A stretch of DNA of 11,511 nt from a virus (Duplodnaviria; Heunggongvirae; Uroviricota; Caudoviricetes), in the IMG/VR virus record IMGVR_UViG_2579778919_000009, positions 1-11,511 of that record; one strand, given 5' to 3'. The position numbers and the translations under genes were made by a program. Below, in pieces: positions 8,966 through 11,511 of this stretch; the stretch's first letter is position 1; each line of letters starts with the position of its first letter. The notes under the pieces are model-generated. The model worked only from the letters and a program-made list of their open reading frames with translations, was not told the origin of the DNA and did not search any database.

Positions 8966-9047
8966 ATATTTTGCTGAACGAGACCAAAGGGCATTGACGT
9001 TGATTGAGAAAATCATGCTACCTGACCTTGATTCCTAAATGTTATTC

Positions 9048-9073
9048 CCGGCCACAGAGCCGGGTTTTCTTTG
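9048..9073 (+). terminator. Intrinsic terminator closing the cI / KilA-N operon
   Basis: CCCGGC-CACAGA-GCCGGG hairpin (6-bp GC stem) followed by TTTTCTTT, about 10 nt after the 9038 stop. Confidence 0.7.
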
Positions 9074-9112
9074 CCTCACGATCCCCCTCACCCAAGAACA
9101 CATAACCAATTG

Positions 9113-9138
9113 TATCTATTTGAAAATAAATAGATACA
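9113..9138. repeat. Perfect 10-bp inverted repeat GTATCTATTT-N6-AAATAGATAC between the terminator and OL3
   Basis: Read directly; AT-rich, so more likely a protein-binding site than a terminator. Confidence 0.6.
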
Positions 9139-9225
9139 ACTCACTAAACATAGCAGTTCAGATCTCTCACCTACCAAACAATGCACCCCTGCAAAAAATA
9201 AATTCATATAAAAAACATACAGATA

Positions 9226-9295
9226 ACCATCTGCGGTGATGAATTATCTCTAGCGGTGTTGACATAAATACCACTGGCGGTGATACTAAACACAT
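9226..9295 (+). promoter_or_regulatory. Left operator OL3-OL2-OL1 with PL promoter (-35 TTGACA, -10 GATACT), transcribing rightward in this window
   Basis: TATCTCTAGCGGTGTTGACATAAATACCACTGGCGGTGATACTAAACACATCAGCAGGACGCAC is near-identical to lambda PL/OL1/OL2 from memory. An OL3-like site AACCATCTGCGGTGA lies about 20 bp upstream. Confidence 0.9.
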
Positions 9296-9355
9296 CAGCA
9301 GGACGCACTACTCACCAGGGCGGTGAATATACAACGATTCAAATATGAATCTACG

Positions 9356-9370
9356 GCGCTGACAAAGCGC
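9356..9370 (+). promoter_or_regulatory. nutL boxB hairpin, P22 type (GCGCTGACAAAGCGC)
   Basis: 5-bp GC stem with GACAAA loop, about 65 nt downstream of the PL start and about 130 nt upstream of the N-like start codon. No convincing boxA identified. Confidence 0.55.
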
Positions 9371-9498
9371 AATAACCAAAGTGAACTTTGGGGTGAATGC
9401 AGAAGCTAACCTTCTCGGCGGAGGCGCTTTGCAATGATTACGCTACCGGAGTTAGTCGCCCGGCTGTATTCACCGCCAAAGTTCACCAGGAGGTCTAT

Positions 9499-9666
9499 AT
9501 GACACGCAGAACTCAGTTCAAAGGCAATTCACGTTCTCGTCGTCGTGAGCGTTTAAAGGCAAAGGCATTAGCTAACGGCGTACTGGCCCGCGAAGAAGCA
9601 ATAAGTTCAGAAGTATTACACCGCCCTACGCCATCATCAATGTTGCGGCGATCGGCATCACCTTAA
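9499..9666 (+). pseudogene. N-type antiterminator, N-terminal arginine-rich motif retained (about 35-40 codons), remainder lost at a deletion junction
   Basis: Strong SD (CAGGAGG) before ATG 9499. MTRRTQFKGNSRSRRRERLKAKA resembles the P22 gp24 arginine-rich motif (GNAKTRRHERRRKLAIER, from memory). Only 55 codons against about 100 for N proteins; the 3' part overlaps the RecT frame. Confidence 0.55.
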
Positions 9667-10364
9667 ACCCAGCCAGCAAACTTGCTTATCTAGTTCCGCG
9701 CGACGGCATGGTTTGCCTTGATATCAGTTATATGGGATTGCTCCATATTGCAATGGAGTCTGGTGTTATCTCATGGGGTCAGGCAAAACTTGTTCATGCT
9801 AACGATACCTATGAGTCAAACGGGCTTGATAAAGCACCAACCCATAAATACAACGCCTTCGGTGATCGTGGTGATATCGTTGGCGTTTACTGCACAGTTA
9901 AGACGCCAGCAGGTGATTATCTAACGGAAGAGATGAGTCTGGCTGAAATTGAGGCTGTAAGGAAAACAAGCAAGGCGGCATTCAGCGATAAAGGACCATG
10001 GGTAAATCACTGGAATGAGATGGCGCGAAAGACGGTCGTAAAGCGTGCAAGCAAGTATTGGCCTAAGGCATCACGTCTTGATAGTGCTATTCACGTACTA
10101 AACGAAGAAGAAGGTGTATGGACTGAACCAGTTATGCCGTACAAATCAGAGGAAGATATCCGCGAAGATGAACGGAAACGCCAGCAGGAAATAACGGATA
10201 AAGCACAACTTCTTTGTGATGAAATGGCTCAGGCAGAAAACATGGATGATTTGAAGCGATATTTTGCAGAAGCATATCGCCTGACATCTGGAATGAAATT
10301 GCAGCATAACGTACAAGCCATTTACATAGAATGCAAAGCGAAACTGGAGGTTGCCAGTGAGTAA
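9576..10364 (+). pseudogene. recT: RecT-family single-strand annealing protein lacking about 50-60 N-terminal residues and any start/RBS of its own
   Basis: Frame open from 9576. ...YAIINVAAIGITLNPASKLAYLVPRDG... and KGPWVNHWNEMARKTVVKRASKYWPKA align to E. coli RecT (FVSAIVQCSQLGLEPGSALGHAYLLPFGN; GPWVTHWEEMAKKTAIRRLFKYLP). First in-frame Met is at 9708. Confidence 0.75.
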
Positions 10365-10839
10365 ACTATATGAAATAGCCAATGAATACGCAAAATTGAT
10401 GGATTCAGATTTAGAGCCAGAGATGATTGCTGACACAATAGAAGGCATGGAAGGAGAATTTACCGATAAAATAGAGCAACTTCTTTCCGTCATTAAAAAT
10501 GAATCTGGTTATGCTGAACGCCTCAAGGAAGAGGCAAAGTCACTGAATGAGCGAGCCGCAGTAATTCAAAATAAGATTGACAGCATCATATCATATATAG
10601 CGTCATCGCTTGAAATGGTAGGCAAGAAAAAGATTAGAGCAGGTATTCACCAGGTAACAATCCGCAAACCGTCAGAAATTGTAGAAATAATCGACTCAAG
10701 CGCCCTTCCTCCTGAATACGTTGAGTTTGAAACAACAATTAAAGCCGACAAACTGGCAATCAAACACCAACTAAAAGCAGGAATAAATATCCCCGGCGCT
10801 CAACTCAAAGTTGGGAAACCTTCACTTCTTATCAAATAA
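10351..10839 (+). CDS. Siphovirus Gp157-family protein (recombination-module accessory protein)
   Basis: LYEIANEYAKLMDS...DTIEGMEGEFTDKIEQL...GKKKIRAGIHQVTIRKPSEIVEIIDSSALPPEYVEF...LKAGINIPGAQLKVGKPSLLIK fits the Gp157 family pattern as I recall it. Probable start is GTG 10357 (GGAGG 6 nt upstream); it overlaps the RecT stop. Confidence 0.7.
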   Translation: MPVSKLYEIANEYAKLMDSDLEPEMIADTIEGMEGEFTDKIEQLLSVIKNESGYAERLKEEAKSLNERAAVIQNKIDSIISYIASSLEMVGKKKIRAGIHQVTIRKPSEIVEIIDSSALPPEYVEFETTIKADKLAIKHQLKAGINIPGAQLKVGKPSLLIK

Positions 10840-10850
10840 CGGTATCGCCT

Positions 10851-10985
10851 ATGAAAAAGACTCCATGGGAGAAATGGGAAGTCGATTTCTTGCGCGAAGT
10901 AGCGGCGACAAGGCCATATAACAACAAACCCTGTCGCTGCCACTCGCGCAGCAAAATCAGAGGTAAGGAGATCAAGACTTACGGC
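10851..10985 (+). other. Short remnant ORF (MKKTPWEKWEVDFLREVAATR...), 5' end of an unidentified gene running out of frame into int-derived sequence
   Basis: ATG 10851 opens a 44-codon frame. From about 10905 onward the DNA is int sequence read in a different frame. Confidence 0.25.
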
Positions 10986-11511
10986 TGACGAATACCTGAA
11001 AATTTATCAAGCAGCAGAATCATCACCATGTTGGCTCAGACTTGCAATGGAACTGGCTGTTGTTACCGGGCAGCGAGTTGGTGATTTATGCGAAATGAAG
11101 TGGTCTGATATCGTAGATGGATATCTTTATGTCGAGCAAAGCAAAACAGGCGTAAAAATTGCCATCCCAACAACATTGCATGTTGATGCTCTCGGGATAT
11201 CAATGAAGGAAACACTTGATAAATGCAAAGAGATTCTTGGCGGAGAAACCATAATTGCATCTACTCGTCGTGAACCGCTTTCATCCGGCACAGTATCAAG
11301 GTATTTTATGCGCGCACGAAAAGCATCAGGTCTTTCCTTCGAAGGGGATCCGCCTACCTTTCACGAGTTGCGCAGTTTGTCTGCAAGACTCTATGAGAAG
11401 CAGATAAGCGATAAGTTTGCTCAACATCTTCTCGGGCATAAGTCGGACACCATGGCATCACAGTATCGTGATGACAGAGGCAGGGAGTGGGACAAAATTG
11501 AAATCAAATAA
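10903..11511 (+). pseudogene. int: Integrase (lambda Int type), catalytic domain only; N-terminal arm-binding and core-binding domains deleted; no xis
   Basis: Int frame open from 10903: ...GHITTNPVAATRAAKSEVRRSRLTADEYLKIYQAAESSPCWLRLAMELAVVTGQRVGDL...HELRSLSARLYEKQ...HKSDTMASQYRDDRGREWDKIEIK. This is near-identical to lambda Int residues about 168-356 from memory and keeps the catalytic residues, but about 170 N-terminal residues are absent. Confidence 0.9.

Noticed and set aside
9039-9239. 66-aa ORF on the + strand
   Set aside because: It spans the intrinsic terminator, the AT-rich palindrome and OL3; non-coding regulatory DNA, with no RBS.
10985-11511. attP/att core downstream of int, or an xis gene
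   Set aside because: The window ends at the int stop codon and no TTTATAC-type core or Xis-like ORF was seen upstream; cannot be assessed within this window.

Overview
This window is a heavily rearranged, deletion-riddled lambdoid / P22-like prophage remnant on a lambda-type immunity backbone; the + strand corresponds to lambda's leftward strand. The immunity core looks intact: CII-family activator, an oop-like antisense RNA, nutR, Cro, OR1-3 with PR/PRM, CI repressor, then OL1-3/PL and nutL. Almost everything around it is a fragment or a fusion. (1) The rexAB slot downstream of cI holds a KilA-N domain gene plus an in-frame downstream ORF, closed by an intrinsic terminator. (2) PL drives a truncated N-like antiterminator fused to a 5'-deleted RecT recombinase, followed by a Gp157-family gene, a short gene remnant, and only the catalytic half of a lambda-type integrase (no xis, no att core seen). 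(3) A segment of about 2.3 kb carrying a replication initiator with internal origin iterons, a 3'-truncated DnaB-type helicase and a 3'-truncated lambda-type Q is inverted relative to cro/cII and the lysis genes. (4) Only the C-terminal two thirds of endolysin R survive, and Rz is fused in frame to a P22 gp20-like ejection-protein segment, followed by an intact gp16-like gene and a convergent AT-rich membrane-protein gene. Identifications are by eye and from memory of lambda/P22 proteins; no database search was run. Regulatory coordinates are approximate (about +/-3 nt), and my base-level reading around 7380-7560 disagreed by one base with the supplied ORF track, so ORF-track coordinates are treated as authoritative.
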